64,000 nt of DNA from Klebsormidium nitens (GCA_000708835.1 DF237027.1:124001-188000); one strand, 5' to 3'; shown: positions 34,822 to 48,207, counted from the stretch's first letter. The notes: a model not told the origin generated them from the letters alone. Numbers and translations are program-made.

Positions 34822-35494
34822 ATGATCATCGTCCGCGTCCACGACGAGCATTTTAAGTTTACCCCAGACGCGCCGGCTCATGCAATCGGAGCTGCCCTGG
34901 AGTGCCTTGCTGGACAGGCAGGAATTCTTGTGCGGGCCGGCGACCATTACACCCCGCTTGCAGACGAAGAAGTTCCGGCGGGAGAGTACACTTTCAAAAC
35001 GCGTGAGTGCAGAAAGCTCTTCCTGTGCTTCTCCGTAGCTTGCGCCTAGCCTTCCCAGCTTCGTTGCTCTGGAGTCTGCGAGTATCTAGTTACGTCTATT
35101 TCTTCAAGTATCTTACCTTTGATAAATTGGGAGTGGGATTTTAATGACTCCGAGGGACCTTGAACAGCCCCAACGCTCAGGCGGACTATCGGTCCAAGGG
35201 TCCGCCCCCTCAGGCCCTCTTTAGATCCAGACTGCATCGGGGCTTTCCAAATACGGGCTTCGGCTTCTTAGTGATCTCAATGTTGTTTCTCGCTGGGTTC
35301 GGACTTGATCAGGTGGTTATCATCAGGATTTCCATGTTTGACGTTTCGTCCCCGACCCAAACGCGTGTCTTCGCAGCTCTCTACGCTCTTTGTGATCATG
35401 CTTTTGCTCTTCGCATCCAGGTTCAAGTTTCAAGGAGGAACGGGCTGTCATCAAAGAACGGATAAGAGCAATGAACGAGCGGGTCACGAAGTTG
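34822..35494 (+). CDS. Hypothetical protein, two visible exons (34822-35002, 35421-35494); 3' end unresolved and possibly pseudogenised
   Basis: MIIVRVHDEHFKFTPDAPAHAIGAALECLAGQAGILVRAGDHYTPLADEEVPAGEYTFKT-R-SSFKEERAVIKERIRAMNERVTKL. Strong GTGAGT donors, CAG acceptors, phase-compatible. Confidence 0.45.
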
Positions 35495-35819
35495 GTGAGT
35501 AGCTCTTACTGAGTAGAGTTGCACACGATTCTCCTTGCTTCGCTTCTACTTCTCTTTGCTTCCCTTGATCGATAAATAGTCATTCTGCACGTAAGAATCT
35601 CTTCAGCCCGTCTTCAAAGGCGCAATCGCCTTGTTTTAGTTGTCAGCAGAATTTTCGTCACAATGCTTTGCATAACAACCAAAGTGTACCGTCTTTTGGC
35701 AGGAAAGAAGACGCAACTTCTTCCGTTTCTGAGCCCCTGCTCCAGCTCATCGAGGTCCCTTCGCAACCGCTCGCTCTCGCCGGCAATTTCTTTAGCTATC
35801 TCCAATTAAAGGCCAAGCC

Positions 35820-36190
35820 AACGTCAGAAGCGGTAGAACGCCGTTAAGGAAACTTTCGCTTTGCAAGACGAATTCATACAAAAGCATGAAGCTCGAGCGC
35901 TCTCGCGGCAAAGAAGAAGACACCAGCGACGAGATCTGGATAGACTTGGTTGGCCAGCTGCAGATTCGTTTCTGAGAGGAAAGCAGGAAAAGTAGTCGGC
36001 TCTTTTAACAGGCATCGAAAGGAAATAGATAGTTGTGACGAGTGGCCGGGGCCATCGACAGGAGTGACCGTTTCCGCGGAGCGCAAGGTAGCTGTTCTGA
36101 AAGAGGGGACGGTTCCAAGAGTTGCGCGAGCTCCGCGTCAACTGCTGAGGCGGAGCGCTTGTGGAATGCTGCGCTTAGAAACTTATAGAG
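35820..36190 (+). pseudogene. Degenerate paralog of the exon at 52280-52741
   Basis: Shared strings 'cgctttgcaagac', 'gagctcgagcgctc', 'cgacgagatctgg', 'gcagattcg', 'acaggcatcga' and 'ggagtgaccgtttccg.ggagcgcaagg'. CAG-to-TAG change and frameshift relative to the 52 kb copy. Confidence 0.75.
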
Positions 36191-39100
36191 AAAGAATAGG
36201 CATGAAAATGAGGAAGGGCGAGTTGCTGTCGTTCGGCAGAGCTGACAAGGGCCGCGCAAACTCCTTGTTCGAGCTGTGCAGCAATCTTCAGAAGACTTGA
36301 AAGGTCCCGTTATGACCGTGCTTGCAAATGCTGGTGAGGTGGGATGCGTGCTGTAAAAGCAAGTGAAGATCCGATCGTTGAAAACCGTGTATGCACCGAT
36401 TCCCGACATGAATGTGTGCGGGAAATTCAAAGCAGGAAGATCACCTCTTTCTTTTCTACAGCACGCATTCGCATTCATCTTTAATTTATGTGAGTAATGT
36501 GTTCGCTCGCTGCAAATCAGATTTAAGAAGTCAGAGCGACCGAGATTGCGGAAGCACTCGTCGCAAAGCCGATCATGCTGATCAGCTCGACGCGTACGCC
36601 ATATCCGTATTGACGTCATGCTTACCTATCCACATGCAGCTCCAGTTCGCATGCTGCGGCCACAGCAGTATGCTGCGTTCCTTACCGTTCTTAGTTTGGC
36701 CGAAAGTTTTCTTGATGCTTCCAAAAGCATTAAGTTATGAAGCCAATGAGTGCCCTTTCCTGCAACAGAAAACCCAATCGGTCTGACACCTGTTTAGTAC
36801 CGAATCTGGACGAAATCGACCTGCATAGAATCCAGGTTGTGCCCTTGTATGCTATTCGAGTCAGGCAATCAGAAAGGGAAACTGCCCCAGAACAATCTGT
36901 GTAAGCATCCGCGACCCTTGTTCCTGTCTCAACGTCTTGACACTCAGGTTCTTGAACACTTTGTGGGGGTCCGATCCCCATCCGCAGCCGCAGGTCAGGT
37001 CTTAAGTTCCCCTTTCGCGCCCCCGCCGAGATCGCCTCAGCCTTTTCTAACTCGTTTTCCCCTTACCTCCTTGTCGCTCGACTCCTGTTTGATTGGCAGG
37101 ATCTCGAAATTCATCATCGCATCCGCCGGGGGGGCCTTTTGCCCCTCAGATGCTACCCCCCCAAGCGGAACCGGCCCCCCTCTTCCCAAACTGGGGGCCT
37201 GTATCTATCCGCAGCACTGCAGACCCCGGGGCGGCGAGCTTCGCTGTTATGTTGCAGTCCTCCCAGCCAGTTATATGCAGGTTAGGGGGCGGGTTAGCGG
37301 CAGGGTTGAAGCCTTCGAGGCCGCTGGGGGCTTGGGCGCTGCCGAGCTGCTAGCGTGACCAGAGGCGGGGTTTGGAATTCAGGTCTTACGGAAGGGCCTG
37401 CGGAGTTGCGGCATGCGAAGTTGGGACTGGGCGCTGCCCTGCGGGGAAGCATCATCTGCACGTTGAATGCGAACGGTGCTGATGCCATCGGACGGATGGA
37501 AAGGCTGAAATCCTGACGGAAGAGTACGAGGATTCTATACGTTGATAACCCACGGAAGAAACGGAAGGAGACGAAGGAAGCAGCTTAGTACGGACTTGGT
37601 CAAGCTCATAATGCGACGAGATATTAAAAAACACGCAGTCTGAAAGGAGCCGCCTTGGATAATTTGCTTGCTCTCCTCACCATCCTTGCCTTGATATTTC
37701 AACGCAAACGTTTTCTCACTCGACAACAACTGAGCCAACGTCCTCACATGCTGGCCTTCTTTACCCAAGAGCATCAAGACATAATTCTCGTATGCATACT
37801 GTGTCTATATCTACTCTTGCCACGGTGTGAGCCAGTTCTCTCATCTCACACTCGGATCAGTACAGTCCAAATTCTCAACTTGTTCGTGCCGTCGGAAAAT
37901 ACTGAATTTCTGCGGAAGTCACGACGTGCACTGTTTTCCATTCAAATTCTCGAGCTTTTGGGGTTCATCTCCGTTCCGTCTCATCAGCCACTCCGCTCTG
38001 GTTGAAGGTGCTGAGCCTCCAGCGGACCCAGAACCTCTACATCTATCAAACGTACCTAGCAGGTGTTTTAAAACACCAATACCGTATGAGCTCGGCGCTG
38101 ATCGAAAACTTTGACTCGCCCCTGCTCACCTACAGGGGCAAAATCGTCTGTCCACTATTCTATTCACCGAGAGATCCGAGATGCTCGACACCGGCGAGCA
38201 AAAGAAGTAATGTCCCAACTCGATCAACCGTTTGCCCCGGCACTTCGGCTGGGTTGGCAGCTCTGTGTTCCAACCGTAAAGCGGTTGAATCTGTTAATGA
38301 GAACGTCCTGTAAACTGCGGTTCAAAGCCACGTGGCGCCCCTTCTCGTTCCGCTTCTTTTCCGCTGAATCAGCCCCTCCTGCCGACTCCGGTCCTCCAAC
38401 CAAACCTTACAGAATCGTACTCGTTGTTTCGTCCTTTTCCTTTTGCCATTGTTCCGCCCCTACTCCTTTCTCCTTTCGCCCGCGCGCGGCGCCGGCGCTT
38501 TTGTTTTGTAGCAATTCTGGTTCCACCGGCGGGGTCCTCGTGCTGCTTTTCTTTCATAGATTTGGGGAACAGAACAGAACAGAAATAAACTCGAAACTTC
38601 TCAAAAGAAGCGATGCCTTCTGCTTTTCTGCGGCCATCTACTGCACGTAAGATGGGGAGCGTGTTAGAACGAGCATTCCACCCGATGTCGAAAGGTCACA
38701 TCCTGCCGAATCCTCTTCAAGCAATCGGATCAAAAATGGGAATGGATGGGCTGGCGGTACGAGGGGTTACGTTCATCGGTCTTCAATACAGGATGCATCT
38801 TTTCCAAAGACGGAAAAGAAGGGAGAGCGAAATGCCCATCAAGTCGTCCTGGATTTGATAAATCGCGAAGGAGAAGTGCATCTTGATAAACTTCACACGC
38901 TTCGCCCGGGTCTTTTCCGTGCCGAATTTTGCTCTGGCTGCTGCCAAACCCTCACACCCTGCTGCAGCGAAGTGTTCCAAACTTTTACGCGCCTGAGACG
39001 AAGCGCCCTCGGGCGCCCCTCGGCGCTCTTCTTCTGGGCGCTTTTCCGGGCGAGATAGTGTGCGATTCTGTTTGACCGACGCAATCTTTCCGCGCCGGGG

Positions 39101-42100
39101 AAAAAGTTCCCGACTTCCGCAGAATGGCCTGCAGCTTGGCTCAAGCACGGCCGGGTCTGAATTGGCCGCCCCCGTCCGTCTCCATAAGGCTCTCCCTCGC
39201 GCCGCCGGCCGTTACTGGCGCTCTCAATTGAGGACCCTGCGGAATTACTTCAAAGTTCGGCTCCAGCAAAATTCATGCCCTGGTTCTCGAAAACGATCAA
39301 CGCGTCATTGAAACCCGCAAGTGCGAACGCAACGCATGACCACTATTTAAGTTTCGCGCGGCGCTTCTTTATACGCTCTCTCATCTTCACCGAACATCTC
39401 CCTGCAAGGCAATTCTCGAGCCCGTCAGGGGCTCCGATGAGGTAAGTCATAGGTAAACTTTCACCGCTCACGTATCTTGGGCGCCCTGCGAGCGCACCAA
39501 CCCCGTCGTGTTCTTTCCCTGAGCGTTCCGTTTCTCCGTCACTTGGGCAGGGCACCCTGCGTGGTCCGGCGGTGAGCGGCTCGTGCAAACGTCCATCTCT
39601 ACACTTGCGGACGCGTCCTGTCTGGCAGAGGTGATGCTCTAATCATGATTCATCAGCCGGCGGTTCCTTCTTTCTTAATTCGGAAGCGCGTGCACTCTTC
39701 GGGGAGCTTGCCTTAGATGATGAAGATTTGGAATCTGTTTCCGTTTCTCGTCGAATCGGAGCTTGCCTGAGCAGCCTTTCGCTCCCCTTTAGAGCACTTT
39801 GGAACGAGACGCTAGCTCGGTTCAGCTTGACTGCTTGCTCATCGGAGGGGCTCCTTAAAAACACCAGCATCTGCTCCTCACTCCTTCGAAGACACGTCCC
39901 ACTCTGAAGTGACGTCAGCATACCCTCCGCGGCCAATGCTTGGCTGTAGGTCAGGACGCCCGCTGTTCGTTTGTTCTCCGCTAACCCTAGCCAAGGCGTT
40001 CGGCGTAGGCTGCTTGCTGACGTCACCCTCTTCCCGACCCCTATTCCTGCCGCCAGACTCTGGGGCGACTTCCGGCAAAAGCAAGTCTGCTCGTCTGTCC
40101 GGGAGTGGTTACAGCCCGGAAGCTGACCGGGTGATTCCTGTGGGCGAAAGGCTTGCCTCAGGGGTAATATCTACTGAGGTTGAGGGCATCCCTTTCACCG
40201 GTCGTCAGCACTGGCGGACCCCATAATACAAGAGGCGGGCGGAAGAAACGGCAATTGGTTTTCGAATGCTGGGCCCAGGAGACCGGATATAGGTCACCTT
40301 CCCCCGGGGATGCCAAGCAGAAATGACGGCTGGCGGGTCAGTTCCGCCGGTGTCTAATTTCGGGGCTCAGGATCGCAATCAGGTGATTTGGAGAAGCAAC
40401 GGAACGAGGGCCGTAACGAGGTCTTCTGCTGCCTGGGGAACACTTCCGGACGTAACATGGGCAGCCGACGTTGCCTGGGTGATGCGAGCAAGCGAACCCG
40501 TGGCAGGCTGGGTAAGCCTTGCGAGATGAACGATCGACGAGAACCGGGGCCTTTGGAAGCTGACCGGAAGACTGCATCGGCCGTTCTAAGGTGCACGGTT
40601 AGTTCCTCGAGGTGCACCCTCGGGGTCGGTTGAAAGTAGTGACTCGGAAGCGCCGCTCTCACTTCGACGCTATAAGCGCCATCGCTGGACGATCGGTTCA
40701 GCCGGTGGATTGACGTGTTAGGGCCTCTGCAGTTGGGGCTGCTTCGTGCTCTAGTACAGGATGACCGAGCTTCTAGAACGCTCTGCTGATCCGATGAGGA
40801 TTCGCTCTCAGTTAGATCTCAGCAAGGGGAGGGTTTGTGGATCCTGCCCCCACACGTTCTCCTCGCGCCCAAGGCATACAAATGCTTCCTTGCTTCACTG
40901 TCGTTCTTAACCCTCCTGCCCGACGCGAGAACTAGCACCTCTCCCTGATAATCCGCTCTTCAAAGATGAGCGCTTTCTCAACCAGGACCCGCGTCCTTTG
41001 GCGCACCCCTTGCCCAGCTGTCTTGTACATGTCTCCGGCAGCTTATCACCCGGAGGCAGTATTTGTGTTAAACCCCCTTTTCCTTCCCAAAAGCGCCCCA
41101 TACTTTTTGGAACACGTCACTCTTCGTCTGCTCTTCGCGTCTTCTCCGCGCTCTTTGCGCTTAAGGCCCCGCAGCAGCTCAGCCGCCTGGCGGCCTTGTG
41201 CGCAGCCGGCATTACTTAAAAAAATCCCGAACTTCTGAGTTGCTGCCATCCGCGGCTGTATTTATCTGAGATTGGCCTCCTCGCTTGTGAGTCGTGTCCG
41301 AGGGCACTGAAAAGGAGAACAGTGACAAATTTGAAAAGACGGTCTTTTTAGTGCACGAGAAGCAGGGTGAAGTGCTCTATGCAGCCCCGCCTCCATCCTT
41401 TCGAGCAATTAGACCTTTACTAAACCTGTACAACGCTCGCCTCCTGCCTCGTTGGACGGACTCTGCGTTCTCTGCTGGCAGCTGCCCGCCGAGCTGACAA
41501 TTTCATTGACAGGAGTGATAGGAGTGATGCAGGCAGGCGTTCTGCTCGGATCTTACCAGAGACAACGTGCAAACGGCACAGAAAAAGTGCTCGTGATCTC
41601 GCGTTTCGATGCTTGCGACTTGAGCCATCTGCAAGCACGCGCAATGATTCCCTTTGTTTGCTTCTACGAAAACCTCGCTTTGAAGGTGGTCTTCCCTCTG
41701 ACAGAAGCAATATCGGAGGAATATCAGAACATCGGCGCCACTTCTCAGAGAGCTTGCACTGCTACCGAAGATACTTGAAATGGAAGGCGGGAGTCCAGCG
41801 AAAAAATCTGTGTTCAAAACTGGCTCGCTGGCCGGATAAAAAGGTGTCAAACAAGCGGTTGTGCCATGGTGGCGGTGCGCGGCGGCGCGATCCTCTAATC
41901 GGATTGATGTTCCTAGTCTTCAACGACTTTGGTCTCCTGTCATTCAATTGCTCAAAACATATGCAACCACATCACGAGTGTACCTTATATGCGACTGGTG
42001 CTCGTCTCGCTGCTTGATTAGTTGCACCGGGGATCTGGCGCCCTGTCATTATTGCTGGCCGTGATAAATTTGAAGCTACCCAATGTCATGGGCGGGGCTC

Positions 42101-43582
42101 ACCGTTTCCCCACCGTTTCATCACTTTGTCCGCTTTCGTTTAGCTGATTGGCGAGGGTTGAATAGTCGAAGGGTTCCCGAGCAGAAATTTTGCATTCCTG
42201 CTCAAGCAATGCTAAATGTTTGCAGGCAACCAGATTCAGTGCAGTGAGAACAGCTTCGAAGTACCGACTTCGAAGTACTGATCACGCTCAAGGGGACATT
42301 GGTGTAGCCTTTACGAGTCAAGTGCAAGCTATGCAGCTGCCCCAGCTTGCGATCTCCTTGCGATGGCTCCAAGGGACCCTAACATTTTTGTTTAGACCGT
42401 GTGACGGTTTCTGAGCCGGGTCCTATGAACACACATATGATTAACGGCCGATGGAGGTTTCCCTGAGGTTTCTATCAAAACTGCCTGGCAGCCCCGAATG
42501 GAGCCTGAGCTTGGTCTCCTGGTCTATCGCCGGCAGTAGAACATTAGCTAAGCGAAACACAATTGACAAGAGATCAAGGCGCATACCCCGCGCATACAAG
42601 GACTGCGTGCGCAAACTGTCAACTTATTCAAGGAATTCGCAAACTTGATAAGAAGCCACACGTTCCACACTACCTCACTACCTCACTGGGGCTCTTTCCT
42701 ATGGACATGGCCGGAGGAGGGCCGGAGTACTTTACAGCCGGAGGGCTCCCGGCCCGTTCACTCCGAGCTGCGCGTCGGCCCGGCCTGTACTCCGGAGTCC
42801 GGAATGTTCAGCGAGAACTACAAACAGCGGTGGCAGCGAAAAACAGCGGCCCCGGCCCACACTGCCACAGGTGAAGCTTGAAGGACGTTACGTACTACCT
42901 ACGTCGTACAGAATCTTTCAGTTGATTTGTACTGTGGTCATTAGAGCCGTCCGATTCATCCTGCATTTCTATCGGACGGTCGATATACACTCCGAGGACC
43001 AACTCCTGAATCACGTACGGTGCAGCGTACCCCACTGGTCGCCCCAACTCTTGGGCGCCAGGGGTGCATGACGGAGTGTCACGGAGTCACTACACTTTGC
43101 ATGATGCATTATGCAGGCAGTGCCGGCGACCACAACCCACAAGTACTGTACTCGAGTCGCCCGTGCAGGCCTATCAATGGCATCATGGCCTACCGCAGAT
43201 TTGCCGGATGGTTCCTCTGCAGACTCAGTAAAGCAACAAGCTCTTCATGGATCTGCAGTCATTTCACAGCACAAAGGAGGCACCTTTGAGTATGCCCTGC
43301 AACCACATGCTCTCTGCAAGAAGCATCTGCCAGTCCTGACCTTATATCTTGTATGAATCTGGTCGTTCTGGTCGTGCAGGGATCCATGCTGCGCTGATTG
43401 GGCCTCACTGCATTGATAAGCTGATTTGCGTGCAGGAATGCTGATGGCCTCTTTTCATTCAGCAGGCCCTAGCTCTCAACCTCACAGTCTGCATTCAGCT
43501 ATTCAAGCAATGCTAGGGCCTCCGTAGGGCCTGTTCTCCGGCCATTTCTTCTGCGCCGGTCCCCTTCCTCGCATCCCCAGTC

Positions 43583-46500
43583 ATGGCAGCCAGGCAGGGA
43601 GAGGCGTCCGGCAGCAAGGAAGACGGTACTGCTGTGACTAAACCCCCCTTGGACACAATGGGGAAGGCAAAAGCTGCAACCGCCGCAGCCGCCTTTGTCG
43701 CCGGCAAGCTGGATGATGTTCGGAGGGCAATGGTAAACAACAAGGACGCTTTGAAGGCAGTTTCTAGTGCAATGGGAGGGGTGCTGACTGGGCTGACTGC
43801 GGTGCCCTATGTGGGGATTGTAGCGCAGCTGGCCAAGTCACTGTTGGAGCAGGTTGACAAGCACTCTTCTGTGGCCAGCATCATTGACAAAACGATGGCA
43901 GAAACCCTAGGTTAATTTCAGAACCAGGATTTGGACAGGGTTCTTGGGAGCGTGCCGCGAGCGGCGGAGTCGCTGCTAGAGTTGAAGAAAACCATGGTCG
44001 AGGCAGAATTGCTCGCGCAGACAATCCAGGGGAAGGGGTGGGGCAACCGCTTCTTTCTTGCGGCGCCCTATGAGGAGAAGCTTAAGGGAAAGCTGGACAG
44101 TCTGAAGGAAGTGAGAGCCAAGCTTGGGCTGGAAGCAGCCTGGGCCAGTGTTGAGAAGTTGGACCAGGTGCTGGAGCTGTTGCAGTCAAGCAGACCGGAG
44201 GCGATCATAGGCAAGCACAATGTGCCGGAGGTGGACCCTCTCTTCGGGGGGCGGGAGGAGATCCTGGAGCGGATGTATGATGCGCTGGTGGGGGGGTGCA
44301 GGGACCAGGCGGCGGGGGCTCGGACCATTGTGTGCCTCTGGGGGATCAGGGGCATTGGTAAGACGCAGCTAGCGCGCAAGTACTGCCATGCAAACCTTAG
44401 CCGGTATGGGAGGGTCCTGTGGATCGACGTGCAAGGCAAAGGGGCGCAGGAGGGCTATGCGGATCTGGGGGGGGATGTCCTAGGGTTGACTCGAGCCCCC
44501 GGTGAGCAGCTTGGGGAGTACGTGAAGCGGGTCCGGCTGACGGTGCAGAACCTGACGGAGCCCTTCCTTGTGGTCTTTGACGGGGCCAACGGGGAAGCTG
44601 TGAAAGAGTTGCAAGAGTTGCTGCCAGGAGAGGGCCAAGCGTGCCATGTGCTTGTGACGACCACGGACGATTGGGCCCTGCGGCAGCATGGGGCCATGCC
44701 GCTTGCAGTAGAAAGTCTCGGGCAGAACGAAGCGCGGGCGCTGTTGAAGAAGGGTCTGAATTTTGAGAAAGAGGTGCTGATTGGGGAGACTTCAAAGAAG
44801 CTTAATGAGCTGGCGAAGCGGCTCGGATACCTGACAATCGCTCTGGCCGGAGCGGTTCCCCTGCTGATAGAGCGGCGGAAAGAGGGTGATCCCGTGGGAT
44901 TGCTTCTAGCAGAGCTTGAGGGGCTTGACGGTGTGGAGCCAGCAAACACGCTGTTTGAGCTCAGTCTCCATAGCCTGGGGCACTCCATCACCGGCGAGGG
45001 CGGATCTCCGGACGTGGTGTGCAGCTTTGCCACCTCCATTGCCATGGTGGCCGGGTGGTTCGGGGAGGGGCCTGTCAGCACCGAGCTCCTGCTGAAAGCT
45101 TCGAAAAGGTCAGCCCTGTTCTTATGAAGAAGCTTGCTCCTTGGATCTGACTGGTGGTCAGACTTCGCTGACTTTGTCTTATTCTCTTGTGAGAGACCAG
45201 AAAGCGCAGCGCAGTGTGGTCAGGGGTTTTTCCACCATAACAAAGCTTAAGCCTAGGTACCCGCTCCTCATTGGGCAGGGAGATCAAAGAAGTTTCTTGA
45301 CGGTGTCAGATTCGTAGTCCCAGCTTGTATAGCCCAATTTCCGGTCCAACCATTTCTCGATCCACATGCAGCGTTACTGGCGTAATACTTGTATGTGCTG
45401 GCGGACGAAGGATTTTTTGCTTTTTTGCTTTTTGATTGAACCTGACCAGATGTATTGAAAGTCGAGCCTAAGCCTCTGAGTACAAGCTTTTTGAGCTTTT
45501 CGAAAGGGATTCACTACGGCGTCAGCATCTATGCGTAGCATGTATTTGTAGTCAGCAGATGCGGATACCCTGGATCTTTGTATTATTAATCGCAATCAAT
45601 CATTACGAACGAAGTCCTTCAGCGAAATTGAATTGAGGGGAGGCTATGAAAGTCATTGTGACGCCATGCGAGTTGCGGACCAGGCTTGAATGCTTCATTA
45701 TGCTAGCTTTTTCGAGCCACAGCTTCGGGCGATTGGGGGGGTCAACATAGTTCGTTTTGATTGGGGTGGTCAACATAGTACGCTTTGATTGAAGTGAGTC
45801 TCTTTGGCTCAATTCACAGGTACCATGATGCAGTACATGGGGATGCCGACGTCAGCCTTTGGGAGAATGGGGCACTGACGCGCAAGGCCCTTCTCCGAGT
45901 CGGCCACTACTTGCCTGCGCAATTGGCAGCAGGGTCTGGAACACCAACACAGGACGACACGACTCCTCACGAAGGTCAGTACTTTTCCGACCTTCGTCAC
46001 TTGTGCCCGTCTGTGGACCAACAAATGGACGGTTTTTATTGGGCCAGAGATAAACATTTATCAACTATTTCGTGAGAATCAGACCTCGGACACTCCCAAG
46101 TTGAACAAGAGTTGAGGTCATTGACGGAGTGAAGGTCGGCCAGATTGCCTTACGGCTCAGCAATGGAACCTCAAGCAATTGGCTTCACAACTAGTATGGG
46201 ACTTCAATCTGCTGCAGAGATCAGCGCACCAGAGATAAAGTTGGCACGGACCTTAGAAAAAGAAAAAGAAAAGCTGACGTTGTTTCAGGTGACGTTAAAC
46301 TGGTTGACACTGATGTCACTAACTCAGACTCATGGTTTCACACCAGTTCATTATCTCGTACTTCCGGCCAGCCAATGATCAACTGAGGCGACCACAACGC
46401 CTTCATTAGCTGCAAATGCGTCAAGAAAAATTGCAAGACTTCACATTAAAAGATCTCGCTAGTACTCCCAATGAAAGTGGGCGAGTCACTTGTCTCGTAC

Positions 46501-48207
46501 TTACTGGTTGACCTCTTTCGCTGCTCAAGCATATGTGCAACTTCGAGCTAAGTTCTCTAAAGAGCTTCGGAGCTTGGCTCTATCACAGCGATGTGGTCGT
46601 TTGAACTACTTCCTTTGTGGGCGCAGTTTGTGTGCGCATGATCTCGGGTCCAGTGACGTGACGAACACATAAAAGGACCCAGCGAGTCGGTTCAAAGTCA
46701 CAGCTCAGCTGCATCGAAGAATCATGTGGGCGCCAACAAAGAAGTCATGACTTCTCGTGCAGGACGCCCTACCCTGACGTTCCACGTGCTCTTCCTCGAG
46801 TACGTGAGGCGCCAGGAAGGAGGGGACACGGCCAGAGCGGCGACTTTGGCTACGGTTGCGGACATGGATTGTGATGCGGGGACGGTGCAGCAGTTCAAGG
46901 GGGTTTGGGACGTGGTGGTCGTGGTTCTCGGCGCGCTCGACCTTTCGGACTTGGAGAAAGTTCGTGAGATTGGGAGCGAATATGAAACCTACCTCCGAAC
47001 CAATGGTGGGGATTACAAGACGGCAAAAGCGGTGCTTGAGAGCGGTCTTGAGATACTGGGGACGGGTCCGCGGGGTTGGAGGTGGAGGCTCGATCTTGCA
47101 GATGCCCTGGATTCGTTGGGGGTTTACAATCGTGCTGTGGAGATTGTTGAGGCTGTGGTCAAGGAACTAGAGCGCAGAGACGCACCTCCTCCTCCTGTCA
47201 AAAGAGTCCGAAAGAACAGCTGCAAATGGTGGCTTCCTTGCTTTAGTGGGCAGGGCGAGACCCCGGATCTAGAAGCTGATGACAAGCATGACGCCGTGGT
47301 CTTTCAAGGAGGAGCAGACTTGGCAAACACTAGTCTGGATCTGGCAGGAGCGTGGAATGTGCAAGCGTCTATCTACAACAGACAAGGGAGGCGTGCAGAA
47401 GCGCTTCTGCTGTACGAGCAAAGCCTGCGTGTCAAGGAGAAGGCTGTAGACCCGGACCACCTCGATGTTGCCGCCACGCTGAACGACATGGCAGGTGTAC
47501 TCGTGAAGCAAGGCAGGTTAGGCGAGGCACTGCCACTGTACCAGCGGGCTCTTTCCATCTTTGAGAAGGCTCAAGGACCGGATCACCCCAGCGTGGCCAC
47601 CACGTTGAACAACATGGCGGGCCTGCTCTACTGTCAAGGCAAATACGATGATGCGCTGCCGATGTACCAGCGGAGCCTGCGCATCGACGAGAAGGCTCTG
47701 GGCCCGGAGCACCCCGACGTGGCCGCCTCGTTGAACAACATAGCGATCCTGCTCACAAACCAGGGCAAACACGAGGAGGCGCTGCCGATGTACCAGCGAA
47801 GCCTGCGCATCGAGGAGAAGGCTTTGGGCCCGAAGCACCCCCACGTGGCCACCACGTTGCACAACATGGCGAGCTTACTCAACGACCAAGGCAGATACGA
47901 GGAGGCCCTTCCGCTATATGAAAGGGCGCTTGCAATCGAAGAGAAGGCACTCGGTTCGGAACACCCTGAGGTAGCCACCACGTTGAACAACATGGGGTCC
48001 GTGCTTTTCAACCAAGGCAGGTACGAGGAGGCGGTGCCACTGTACAAGAGGGCGCTCGAGATCCGGAAGAAGGCGCTGGGCCTCGAGCATCCCGACACAA
48101 CGACCTCGAGGTCTAACTTGGAGGACGCCGAGCGAAAGGTGCGTCACCGGCTTCGTTTGGATGCCTCCGATTTGATGAAAGTTGGATGCTTTGTATCCAG
48201 TGGTTGA
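43583..48207 (+). CDS. STAND/NLR-like protein: N-terminal four-helix-bundle (MLKL-NTD-like) + NB-ARC + TPR array, interrupted by an in-frame TAA at 43913-43915. Exons 43583-45108, 45820-45974, 46763-48207
   Basis: P-loop GIRGIGKT, Walker B FLVVFDGAN, FGGREEILERM, LGYLTIALAGA and 42-aa TPRs. ORFs 43583-43915 and 43931-45127 are in the same frame. Junction phases 2 and 1 are compatible. The N-terminal domain call rests on pattern only. Confidence 0.85.
47335..48130 (+). repeat. Six 126-bp (42-aa) TPR repeats plus a capping helix
   Basis: Consensus HPxVAxTLNNMAxLLxxQGxYxEALPxYxRxLxIxEKALGPxH is repeated six times. Confidence 0.93.

Noticed and set aside
36900-38350. Pro-rich and transposase-like fragments
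   Set aside because: Frames are short and mutually inconsistent, with no DDE or other motif identified.
39600-40640. Possible tyrosine-recombinase (DIRS-like) retroelement remnant
   Set aside because: No RT, RNase H or R-H-R-Y motifs could be read. Only the weak hairpin is reported.
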